From a virus (taxonomy: Duplodnaviria; Caudoviricetes): a DNA stretch of 59,970 nt. Location of the stretch: IMG/VR virus record IMGVR_UViG_3300030101_003657, positions 1 to 59,970 of that record; one strand, given 5' to 3'. Position numbers and translations under genes: made by a program. Below the pieces are notes generated by a model that saw only the letters and a list, made by a program, of their open reading frames with translations, did no database searches and had not been told where the DNA came from. This document shows, one piece after another, positions 38,387-47,846 of this stretch (its first letter is position 1; each line of letters opens with the position of its first letter).

Positions 38387-41300
38387 ATGGAAGAATTTAG
38401 ACCACCTGCAGATGCTGTAGAATTAGTAAGTAATGTTTTTATTCCACCATCAGACGCTATAGAGGTTTCTCAACAAGACGACGAAAAAAAGAAGAAAGCT
38501 GTTACAGAGAACACTGCGAATGTAGCAGCGGAAGATCAAAGCAGTACGGATTTATTATCGGGAAATGGTTCGTCGGACTCTCAAAAAAATAAAAAACCTA
38601 TTGTTTCTAGAGAGGATTTTAAATTAGAAGAAGATGAGTTTATTAAGAAAGTTTCTGAAAATCCTTTATTATCTCATTTAAAAATACAAACTACTTTTCA
38701 ACCTGGATATGATCAAATATATGTAAAAGGCTCCACAGGTGAGGAAGAGTTTGATCTAGACAGTAAGTGGAATAACTCTTTAAGTAGTATGGGCCCAGGT
38801 AGTACTCCTGATCCAACGGCTGGTGATAAAGAATATAAAAGGTTTTTAGATTTTATTGAAAAAGAAATAGCTACATCTTCACCAGAAGCAAAAACTTTAG
38901 GTAGAAAAGGATTAGCAGAGTTTCAAAACGAAGATGGATCTTACGAATTAGAGCATATAGATTATTTTCAAAAAAAGAAAATTAAATTCAACGAACAAGA
39001 AGCTGTTAAAGTAGTAGAAGGCATAGAGAACGAAGTAGAAGAAACTCTTGCCAATGCTAACAAAATGTTAGGCTTAGCTGAAGATGAAGCAGGTTTGTTA
39101 CCTACCTTAAATGATGATCAAAAATCTAAATTAAGAAGACAATCTTACAACAATTACAGAGCTCAAGAAAAAGTAATAAAAGACGAAAATGCCAATATTG
39201 CTAATAAAGCCGGAGCTAACATAACTGAAGAATCTTTTAACAAAATATTTAACGCTGTATATGATGACGCTTATGCTAAAGCTAATCAAAGATCTATAAC
39301 AGATTACAACAATTACACATCTAAGTTTGAAAGAAGTGAGGATTTTAAAAACAATTTTAATGATGAAATGCTTTCTATTGGTGACAATAGAGAGTTATCA
39401 GAGTTAAATAAAAAAATTACTAGTTCTCAAGAAGCTATAGATAACTACACCGATAGATTAGAAAATGAAAACACGACACCAAATGAAAGAGCTTCTATAC
39501 AAAGTCAACTAAATAAAGCTATAAAAAATAAAGAAGATAATATAAAAAAGTTTGAGGAAAAAAGTAAAATATTTTCTTTCAGTATAGAGGGTGAGCAAAA
39601 TATAAGTAGACTTACAGATGCTAGTGGTAATTGGATAAACCAAACTGTTGTTGATGAAGAAAGTAGAAAATCATTAAATAAGTTAGTTAAATCTACAGAG
39701 CAATCTGCTTTAATAGAAGCTAATGTAAGTAATCCTTCTAATCCTAAGTTATCTCCAGCTGAAAACTTAAGAAATATGAGTGATGATGCTGTTTATAACT
39801 TACAAAAAGCTATTGAAGTTGGAAACGAAAGAAAAGTATTTATACCTTTCGATGTTTCAGAAGCTGGATCTAGTTCTGTTCTTGAATTTTTACCTGGACA
39901 AAAAGCTATCTGGTCTAAAATGATAAAAATACCTGGTGTTAATATTAAGAATTTAACTAATAAAAGTGGTGCTGAATTAACTTATTCTCAACTAGCTCAA
40001 GCAGGTATAAACTCAGAAGAGTTTGAAGGTATTATAGATCAATTTGGCATTAGCTTAGATAAAGATAGAGATCTTTTTGGTGATGCTGGCTTAATTAGTC
40101 AAAAAGAAATAGATCAATATAAAGCTTGGGAAAAAAAATATAGAGAAGAAAAAGCTGTAGCTACAGGCTTGTGGAACGCTACAAATTTAAATCAAGACTA
40201 CGGTAGTATAACTAAACCTGGAGATAAGTGGTATGATATACCAGGTCATCTCAACAATTTAGCTAGCTCTACTACTGGAACTTTTTCCGAACGATGGTTT
40301 GATGCTAGTCCTTCTGAAGCTAAAAAAGCTAGAGGTTTTGGTAGTGAAAAAGGAAATGAAGCTGATATAACTAAAGAACTTAATATATTAAAAGATCAAT
40401 ATAATAACTCACAAGCTGTAAAAGACGGTGAGTTAAAAAGTATTGAATTTACAAAAGACCAAGAAAAAGCATTATCTAGTACGATGTATCAAGACGTAGC
40501 AAATGGTGTTGGTGAGTTTGTGCCTATGATAATTGAATTAGCTGCTGTTAGTTTAGCTACTGAAGGTGCTGCTACTATACCAATGATCGCTTCTAGATTA
40601 TCTAGGATGGCACCTTTGACAAAACATTTACTTTACGGTGGTATTGAAGAAGTTAAAATGCAAGCGCTATTTGATATGCCACCAACGGGTGGTGCTGCCT
40701 TTTATACTTTAGGCCATGCTACTCGTAACATGTTCAAGTTTTCAGGTCCATTGAGGTTTTTACAAGGAGCATTTGACAAGACAATAAAGTCAGGTGTTAT
40801 TGGTGCTGCTTCTTCAGAATTTGCTCATTTAACAGAAAAAGGTTTTGAACAATTAGCTGGAGATGGGACTTCTTTTTCTAATGAGTTTAATAAATTTTAT
40901 TCTGACCAAGATGAAGTTACTAAGCGTATAATAACTAACGCTGCGGTATTTGGTTTAACTGGAGTTCATAATCTTAAAAAACTAGATTACTCTACTCAAA
41001 GAATGAAATTTAATACGCTTAATGAAATAAGTAACAAGATAGAAGCTATAGAGAAAGATATAAGTGATAGAAAAAGTAATATAGATAAATTAGAAAAGAA
41101 AGGCGGTGTAATTATACCTAAAGAGTTAGAGGTTAAGTTAACACCTGAAGACATTAAAAAATATGCTACAAAGGAAGAGCTACAGAAGCTAGATCAATAC
41201 ACTAGTGATTTTTATAATGTTAACAAAATGTTTCAAGCAGAGGCTTTAGCTAAAGGTTTAGATCATAAAAAAGTCCCACTACAAGAATTTGAAAAAAACT

Positions 41301-44300
41301 TTAACAACGCTTATACTAAGCCAATAAATGAAATGCTAAACAAACTAACTGGTGGCAATTATAATCCACCTGAAGTAAAGTTTACAACTGATAGAGAGTT
41401 TTTTACTGGAAACGAAACGGCTAAGTACGTCTCTGGCGCAGGTAAATCAAAAGGAGGAGTTATATATTTTGATATAAACAAGTATGTTCCTGGTAAAGCT
41501 ATACATGAATTCACTCACTTAGCTTTAGATATTTTTCACAAACAAAACCCAACAGCTAAAGAAAATATGTTAAAAAAGTTTAGCGAAATGTTTAAAGGTG
41601 TTGATTTAGGAGAGGTTACTGGAAACAAAAATATAGAGGGTTTTAAAGGTGAAGAACTGATGGAGGAGGTAGGTGAAGCTTATAAGCCTGAAATAATAGA
41701 AGCTTCAACAAGAGCTGGTAATGCAAAAGCTGGAGAGATGTTAAAGCAAGAGGAGTTTGTTACGTTTATAGCTGAAATGCTTACCAAGCCTGAGTTCTAT
41801 TATCAAAACACTAAAAAGGCTAGTAACATACTTAAAGACATGAAAGATTATGTTACTAACGTACTGCAAGGTAACGGAATGATGGAGGTTAAAGCACCTG
41901 AAACAGCTCAAGAAATGGTTAACTTAATTGTTAACATGGGTGAAAATGTTAGACAAGGTAGACAGTTTACTAATCAATTTGAAAAAGCTTTTTTAAAAGA
42001 TATAAATATAGAGGGTTTATATTTTGAGCAAAAACTATCTGGCAATCCAGAAGGTAAGTCTAGTTTTGTAGAAACAAAAGCTAACGCTAAAGCTTCTAAA
42101 GATTTAGTTGAAAGTATAGTTGAAGAAAATACTAGGTTAGTAGGAGATCTTAAAGAAGCTATAGAGTCTGAAAATTTAACCAAACAAATAGATATAAAGA
42201 ACGATTTAGCTTTAAACAATGAGCCTCTAATCCAAGACTTTGTTAATCAAAAATTCAAACCAGGTTTAGGTGTAACTAGAGATGAATTTAAATCAGGAGT
42301 TTACAGTCATGTTTTTGATAAAGTAAACAAAACTTATAATCCAATAAAAAACCCTGAGTATGGAGCTTATTTAAGACAAGTACTATTTGGAGGTGGTGGT
42401 TTTGGCGGAGGCCGACTTGGTGATATATTAAGAGAAATAGGTCAAAAAGAAGATTTATTTCTCAAAAGTACTGAAGATCCTAACGTGCAAAGAGAACTAA
42501 AAAATATAGAACAAGATGCTCCAGCACCTGTAGAAACTTCTAAAAAAGGAGATATTGTAGTGGCAAAAGAATTAAATAAAAGATTGAATAATGTAGCTGA
42601 GCCATTAGTGTCTGCTATTAAAGAAAAAATACCTACTGATCTAAAATTACAAGAAGAGTTTTTAAAAGATAAAACTTATAAAACTTTAAAAGATTTAGCA
42701 GCTAAAGAAACTCAAGAGATGTTTGGTATAAAACCAAAGCCAGGTAATTTAACTAAGTCAGATGTTAAAAACGCTCAAATGTTTATTAACAGAAATCCTG
42801 ACTTATTTTATTCTTTACTACCTAAACAACATACTACTAAAAGAGTTAACATTGGAACCAAAAACGAACCTAAGTTTGTAACTAGGCCAGATAAAGCAAC
42901 TGGAGTTCAAAACGTGTTGTTAGACGCTTTTTATAATAAAGGAACTAGAAAAGATAACTTAACACCTTGGACTAAAAAACCTTCTTCAGATGTTAAAACA
43001 GCAGAGTTTTTAGAATTATTTGGTATAACAGATAGAAACAATCCAAACCTATACAAGAAAGATAGCAATGTTAGTGCCAGAATAAAAGCTTTAGTTGAAC
43101 AAACAGGTAGAATAATTACTAATCAAACTGTAAGAGAAGTTACAGGAGCCACAAAAGTAGGAGAAGGTAGAGCAGAAACTATGGCTTCTAAAGAATTAGT
43201 TGAGTCTTTATTGGGAGCTTATGATCTTGTTTCTAAAAATAGAATACTTACTAAAGCTGATAAAGCAAGGTTATTAAAAACTTTAACTAAAGAAAACGAA
43301 AAGAAAGAAATAAGAGACTTAGACGGTGCTAGATTATTTGCTGCTATTGAAAGAGGTTTAAAGAGAGAAGACATAAAGAAAGTAAGTGACTTAAACTTAG
43401 ATAAAGACATAGAGTTGTTTGAGCAGTTAACTATAGAGGATATTGCTAGAAGAGAAGAGATCACACCTGCTGAAGTTAGAGAAAGATACATGAGTGAAGA
43501 AATGGCTTCTATAACTGATGGTAAGAAACTAAAAGCTAGTATGCCTGGAACAGTATATAGATCAGCTGAAGAAAGAGGAAAATCTGCTACTTTTAAAAAA
43601 GCTAAACCTTATCACATAGCTTTGATAGAGGAGATGATACCTAGAGGATCTAAGTTTAGTGAAATGCCACAGAAATACCAAAAAATGGTAATGAGCACTA
43701 TGGGTATGGGGGATTCTAGAGGTAAAACAAATGGTAAAAGTTTTACGTTTAAACAATATAATGTTGCGGAGGGGAATTACACTGGTTTATTAGAGGCTGT
43801 ATACGGCATAAAAGAAGCAAATTTAAAAGGTAAAGGAGAACCTATTGAATCATTTGCTGAAAACATCAACATATCATCTCCAGGTGGTGGTAAGAAAAAA
43901 ATTACTGAAGCTGAAATTAAATCTAGTAGTGTAGAAGAATTCCAAAAATTAGCCGGCAAAGCTATATTAGGTAGAGGACAAACAAGTGTTGACAAAGTTT
44001 TAAATGCTAATAAAGAGTCTTTAAAAAGAATATATAATTCTGCTAAAAATGTAGTTAAAAATGCTAAAGATCCTATAAAAGCTTTAGATCATATAATAGA
44101 CTTAATGCTTGCTCAAACTAATAGATCCATAGGTGGGATTAAAGGTTTAGCTGGAATTGAAAGTGCAACTATGGAAGGTATGAGAGGTTCTAATCCAGAG
44201 CTAGCAAAAGAACTTCACAATGAACACTTAACTGAGTTACTTACCATGACTAAGAACTTTGGTAAGATGATGGAAAGGTTTATTAATAAAGAACAATCTT

Positions 44301-47300
44301 CAAGAAGCGTTGATCTTCAGCTAGACAGAATGGTTGAAGATTATAACCAAGGTGTAATAAGTGAACAGCGTAGAGAGCTTAAGGATTTTACTGGTGCTTC
44401 TAAAATGGATTATTTTAACAATAAACTATTCTTAGGTAAAGATGCTTTTAAACAAATACCATTAAGCGAATCTACATTTGCTGAAGCAAAAAACATGGCT
44501 GAGGTTATAAGAAATGAAGCTACAAAATCTATATTAGATAAAATTAAAAACACACCTTATAGTAAATTAACTCTCACTGGCGTTATTGCTAAACAAAAAA
44601 TTGAAAACGCTAAAGAAATAAAAAAAGTAGAAAGCTCAAATAGAAAAGTTGCTGAACAAGCATCTATGGCTAGTAAAGATATGTCTACTTCTAGAATTGT
44701 AAAAGAGTTAAATAAAAGAGATGAAGCTTTAAGATTAGCTCACAAAGCTAATAAAGTAGTTAAGAAAGCTAGGGTTTTTGATTTTGATGACACAGTTGCT
44801 AGAACTAATAGTAAAGTGTTCGCTACTAGAGGTAATGATAGAAAAGTTTTAACAGCTGAAGAGTTTGCAAAACAAGGAGAAGGATTAGTCAATGAAGGTT
44901 GGAAAATGGATTTTTCAGACTTTAATAGAGTTGTTGAAGGTAAAAAAGGACCTTTGTTTGAAGTTATGAAAAAAATGAAAGAAGCAGCTGGTGATAGAGA
45001 CATGTTTATATTAACAGCTAGAGCTCCTGAATCTGCACCTGCTATCAAAAGATTTTTAGATGCTATGGGTATTAAAATACCTTTAGAAAATATAACTGGT
45101 TTAGGTAATTCAACTGGTAAAGCTAAGGCTGATTGGTTAGTTGGCAAAGCAGCAGAAGGTTATAATGACTTTTATTTTGCCGACGATGCTAAACAGAATG
45201 TTAAAGCCGTTCGTGACGCGTTAGAGGTTTTAGATGTTAAATCTAAAGTTCAACAAGTTTATGCTGCTAGAGATTTATCAGGTGAATTTAATAGAATACT
45301 AGAAGAAAAAACGGGTATAGGTAGAGAAAAAGTATTTTCAGATATTAAAGCTGAAATAAGAGGTAACAAAGCTAAGAAAGTAAAATTCTTTATACCACCG
45401 TCAGCTGAAGACTTCTTAGGTTTATTATATAGTACCTTACCTAAAGGTGAGAAAGGAACTAAAGCTTTAGATTTTTATCAGAAAAACTTATTTGATCCAT
45501 ATACTAGAGCTACTGATAACTTATCTACAGATAGAGTTAATTTAATGGCTGATTTTAAAGCGCTTAAAAAAGAATTAGACGTACCTAAAGATCTTAGAAA
45601 ACAAACTGAATCTGGTTTTACTAACGAACAAGCTGTTAGAGTTTATTTGTGGAATAAAACTGGAATAGAAATACCTGGTTTGTCTAAAAGTGATTTTAAA
45701 GAGTTATATGATATCGTGCAGAAAAATCCTAAACTTCAAGCTTTTGCTGAGCAAATATTAAGCATAACTAAAGGTGATGGTTACTCTGTTCCAGGTCAGC
45801 ATTGGCAAGCTGGAACTATAACAACAGATCTTATAGATGTTTTAAATACCACAAAAAGAGCTAAGTATTTAGAACCTTGGAAAGAAAACATTGATATTAT
45901 TTTTAGTAAAGAAAATATGAACAAGCTTGAAGCTGCTTTTGGTCCTAAATATAGAGAGGCTATGGAGAACATACTTACAAGGATGAAATCTGGCAGCAAT
46001 AGAGTAGCTGGTGGAAATAGGCTAAGCAATCAAGTTTTAGATTACGTAAATCAGTCAACAGGTGTTACAATGTTTTTTAACACCAGATCAGCATTATTAC
46101 AAACTATATCATCTGCTAACTTTATTAATTGGAGTTTTAACAATCCACTTAGAGCAGGGCAAGCTTTTGCTAATCAACCTCAATACTGGAAAGACTTTGT
46201 TGAATTAATGAACTCTGACTATTTAAAAGATAGACGTAATGGTTTAAAATTAAATATATCTGAAAGCGAAATAGCAGATGCTGCCAAAACATCTAAGAAT
46301 AAGGCTAAAGCAGCTATTAGTTATATAATAGAAAAAGGTTATATGCCAACTAGGTTTGCTGATAGTTTTGCTATAGCGTCCGGTGGCGCTATGTTTTATA
46401 GAAATAGAATAAAAGATCTTGTTAAAAAAGGAATGACAGAAGCAAAAGCTAAAGAAATAGCAATGAAAGAGTTTAGACAAGCTTCTGAAAAATCTCAACA
46501 GTCTTCTGATCCAAGTAAGATATCTCAACAACAAGCTGGTGATTTAGGTAGAATAATATTACAATATGTTAATACACCTATGCAATACGCTAGAATCCAA
46601 AAAAGAGATATACAAGATATAATTAATAGAAGACCTATGCAAGGTAAAACATTGGCTCAAAGTAATAGAATTAGACTATCAAGAATAGCTTATTATTCTT
46701 TCTTACAGAATTTAATGTTTAACGCTCTACAACAAGGAGCATTTGCTTTAGGATTTGGAGATGACGACAAAGAGTTGACAGAAAAACAAATGGAAAGTAA
46801 GGCTAAATTTAAACAAGATAAGTTATTTAACACCGTTAATGGTATGCTTGACTCTCAATTAAGAGGATTTGGCTTAGGTGGTGTTACTGTACAAGTTCTC
46901 AAAAACCTAGGTATAGACATATATAAAAGATCTAAAAAAGATAGACCTGAATATGTAGACTCTTGGATAACGTTGTTAGAATTTTCACCTTCTATAAAAA
47001 GCAAGTTATCTAGATTTAAATCAGCAGCTTATCCTTTTGACACTAAAAAACGAAGACAAGAGGTGTTTGATAAAGGATTTAGTTTAGATAATCCAGCTTA
47101 TGAATCCATGGCTAAGGTTATTACAGCTACAACTAATGTTCCACTAGATAGAATGTATAGCAAAATAGACAATCTTAAACATGCAATGGCTGATGAAACC
47201 GAAGCTTGGCAATCTGTTGCTAACGTGTTAGGATGGCCAAGTTGGCAGTTAGAGCAAAGAGAATACACTAATAACGTTGAGTTAACACCTATGCAAAAAG

Positions 47301-47665
47301 AAGTACAAAAGCAAACTAAAGAATACGAAAAATATAAAGAAGCTGAAGGATCAACTGATTACGAAGTTATAAAGAGGTTAAACTCTTCTCAACAAATTAA
47401 AATGTTAAAAGATTTAGGTTATGATAGTTATACAATTAAAAAAGCTAAATCAGAAAAAGACAAAATTAATTTAATAATAAAAGTAAATAGTGGAGAAGAA
47501 ATAAAAATAAATAAAGAAGAAAAAGAAGCTGCTAAATACAAAGCTTTAAGCAAGGCGGAGCAAGTAAGAAAACTAGATAGCTTAGGACTAAGTAAAGCTG
47601 CTATAAGAAAGTTAAAGTATGAAGCAGATAGAGTTAAAAAGCTTTTAAAATTAATGAATAAATAA
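38387..47665 (+). CDS. Giant (3092 aa) multidomain ejection/polyvalent protein: HExxH peptidase, sigma-like segment, HAD phosphatase
   Basis: HEFTH at aa 1040; sigma-region-2-like segment at about aa 1270-1345; DFDDT, ILTAR and FADD HAD motifs from aa 2132. Confidence 0.7.
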   Translation: MEEFRPPADAVELVSNVFIPPSDAIEVSQQDDEKKKKAVTENTANVAAEDQSSTDLLSGNGSSDSQKNKKPIVSREDFKLEEDEFIKKVSENPLLSHLKIQTTFQPGYDQIYVKGSTGEEEFDLDSKWNNSLSSMGPGSTPDPTAGDKEYKRFLDFIEKEIATSSPEAKTLGRKGLAEFQNEDGSYELEHIDYFQKKKIKFNEQEAVKVVEGIENEVEETLANANKMLGLAEDEAGLLPTLNDDQKSKLRRQSYNNYRAQEKVIKDENANIANKAGANITEESFNKIFNAVYDDAYAKANQRSITDYNNYTSKFERSEDFKNNFNDEMLSIGDNRELSELNKKITSSQEAIDNYTDRLENENTTPNERASIQSQLNKAIKNKEDNIKKFEEKSKIFSFSIEGEQNISRLTDASGNWINQTVVDEESRKSLNKLVKSTEQSALIEANVSNPSNPKLSPAENLRNMSDDAVYNLQKAIEVGNERKVFIPFDVSEAGSSSVLEFLPGQKAIWSKMIKIPGVNIKNLTNKSGAELTYSQLAQAGINSEEFEGIIDQFGISLDKDRDLFGDAGLISQKEIDQYKAWEKKYREEKAVATGLWNATNLNQDYGSITKPGDKWYDIPGHLNNLASSTTGTFSERWFDASPSEAKKARGFGSEKGNEADITKELNILKDQYNNSQAVKDGELKSIEFTKDQEKALSSTMYQDVANGVGEFVPMIIELAAVSLATEGAATIPMIASRLSRMAPLTKHLLYGGIEEVKMQALFDMPPTGGAAFYTLGHATRNMFKFSGPLRFLQGAFDKTIKSGVIGAASSEFAHLTEKGFEQLAGDGTSFSNEFNKFYSDQDEVTKRIITNAAVFGLTGVHNLKKLDYSTQRMKFNTLNEISNKIEAIEKDISDRKSNIDKLEKKGGVIIPKELEVKLTPEDIKKYATKEELQKLDQYTSDFYNVNKMFQAEALAKGLDHKKVPLQEFEKNFNNAYTKPINEMLNKLTGGNYNPPEVKFTTDREFFTGNETAKYVSGAGKSKGGVIYFDINKYVPGKAIHEFTHLALDIFHKQNPTAKENMLKKFSEMFKGVDLGEVTGNKNIEGFKGEELMEEVGEAYKPEIIEASTRAGNAKAGEMLKQEEFVTFIAEMLTKPEFYYQNTKKASNILKDMKDYVTNVLQGNGMMEVKAPETAQEMVNLIVNMGENVRQGRQFTNQFEKAFLKDINIEGLYFEQKLSGNPEGKSSFVETKANAKASKDLVESIVEENTRLVGDLKEAIESENLTKQIDIKNDLALNNEPLIQDFVNQKFKPGLGVTRDEFKSGVYSHVFDKVNKTYNPIKNPEYGAYLRQVLFGGGGFGGGRLGDILREIGQKEDLFLKSTEDPNVQRELKNIEQDAPAPVETSKKGDIVVAKELNKRLNNVAEPLVSAIKEKIPTDLKLQEEFLKDKTYKTLKDLAAKETQEMFGIKPKPGNLTKSDVKNAQMFINRNPDLFYSLLPKQHTTKRVNIGTKNEPKFVTRPDKATGVQNVLLDAFYNKGTRKDNLTPWTKKPSSDVKTAEFLELFGITDRNNPNLYKKDSNVSARIKALVEQTGRIITNQTVREVTGATKVGEGRAETMASKELVESLLGAYDLVSKNRILTKADKARLLKTLTKENEKKEIRDLDGARLFAAIERGLKREDIKKVSDLNLDKDIELFEQLTIEDIARREEITPAEVRERYMSEEMASITDGKKLKASMPGTVYRSAEERGKSATFKKAKPYHIALIEEMIPRGSKFSEMPQKYQKMVMSTMGMGDSRGKTNGKSFTFKQYNVAEGNYTGLLEAVYGIKEANLKGKGEPIESFAENINISSPGGGKKKITEAEIKSSSVEEFQKLAGKAILGRGQTSVDKVLNANKESLKRIYNSAKNVVKNAKDPIKALDHIIDLMLAQTNRSIGGIKGLAGIESATMEGMRGSNPELAKELHNEHLTELLTMTKNFGKMMERFINKEQSSRSVDLQLDRMVEDYNQGVISEQRRELKDFTGASKMDYFNNKLFLGKDAFKQIPLSESTFAEAKNMAEVIRNEATKSILDKIKNTPYSKLTLTGVIAKQKIENAKEIKKVESSNRKVAEQASMASKDMSTSRIVKELNKRDEALRLAHKANKVVKKARVFDFDDTVARTNSKVFATRGNDRKVLTAEEFAKQGEGLVNEGWKMDFSDFNRVVEGKKGPLFEVMKKMKEAAGDRDMFILTARAPESAPAIKRFLDAMGIKIPLENITGLGNSTGKAKADWLVGKAAEGYNDFYFADDAKQNVKAVRDALEVLDVKSKVQQVYAARDLSGEFNRILEEKTGIGREKVFSDIKAEIRGNKAKKVKFFIPPSAEDFLGLLYSTLPKGEKGTKALDFYQKNLFDPYTRATDNLSTDRVNLMADFKALKKELDVPKDLRKQTESGFTNEQAVRVYLWNKTGIEIPGLSKSDFKELYDIVQKNPKLQAFAEQILSITKGDGYSVPGQHWQAGTITTDLIDVLNTTKRAKYLEPWKENIDIIFSKENMNKLEAAFGPKYREAMENILTRMKSGSNRVAGGNRLSNQVLDYVNQSTGVTMFFNTRSALLQTISSANFINWSFNNPLRAGQAFANQPQYWKDFVELMNSDYLKDRRNGLKLNISESEIADAAKTSKNKAKAAISYIIEKGYMPTRFADSFAIASGGAMFYRNRIKDLVKKGMTEAKAKEIAMKEFRQASEKSQQSSDPSKISQQQAGDLGRIILQYVNTPMQYARIQKRDIQDIINRRPMQGKTLAQSNRIRLSRIAYYSFLQNLMFNALQQGAFALGFGDDDKELTEKQMESKAKFKQDKLFNTVNGMLDSQLRGFGLGGVTVQVLKNLGIDIYKRSKKDRPEYVDSWITLLEFSPSIKSKLSRFKSAAYPFDTKKRRQEVFDKGFSLDNPAYESMAKVITATTNVPLDRMYSKIDNLKHAMADETEAWQSVANVLGWPSWQLEQREYTNNVELTPMQKEVQKQTKEYEKYKEAEGSTDYEVIKRLNSSQQIKMLKDLGYDSYTIKKAKSEKDKINLIIKVNSGEEIKINKEEKEAAKYKALSKAEQVRKLDSLGLSKAAIRKLKYEADRVKKLLKLMNK

Positions 47666-47709
47666 GGAACAAAAAAACTGGGCACCATACCCAAAGTTCC
47701 TGTAACCAA

Positions 47710-47737
47710 AAAAGGGAGGCCGAAAGACCTCCCTTTT
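47710..47737. terminator. Bidirectional intrinsic terminator where the two arms converge
   Basis: AAAAGGGAGG-CCGAAAGA-CCTCCCTTTT, with an A run before and a T run after. Confidence 0.88.
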
Positions 47738-47742
47738 ATTAT

Positions 47743-47781
47743 TTAGCAGCTACAACAGTAGCTATTACAATATGGACACAT
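47743..47781 (-). CDS. Putative 12-aa Cys-rich micropeptide MCPYCNSYCCSC
   Basis: A-rich leader (aacttaaaacaaatatt-ATG); ends just before the terminator. Confidence 0.4.
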   Translation of the reverse strand: MCPYCNSYCCSC

Positions 47782-47846
47782 AATATTTGTTTTAAGTTGA
47801 TTGATATAGTTGATCTCTACAGACCCCTTCTTGTAATGAGCAGCTG

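Noticed and set aside
44780-44794. DFDDT in the giant protein as a crAss-like virion RNA polymerase DxDxD motif
   Set aside because: It is DxDxT followed by HAD motifs II and IV; no DxDGD or DFDID motif was seen
1338-47709. Many short minus-strand ORFs within the + arm, and + strand ORFs within the minus arm
   Set aside because: Antisense shadows of long genes with no motifs or leaders
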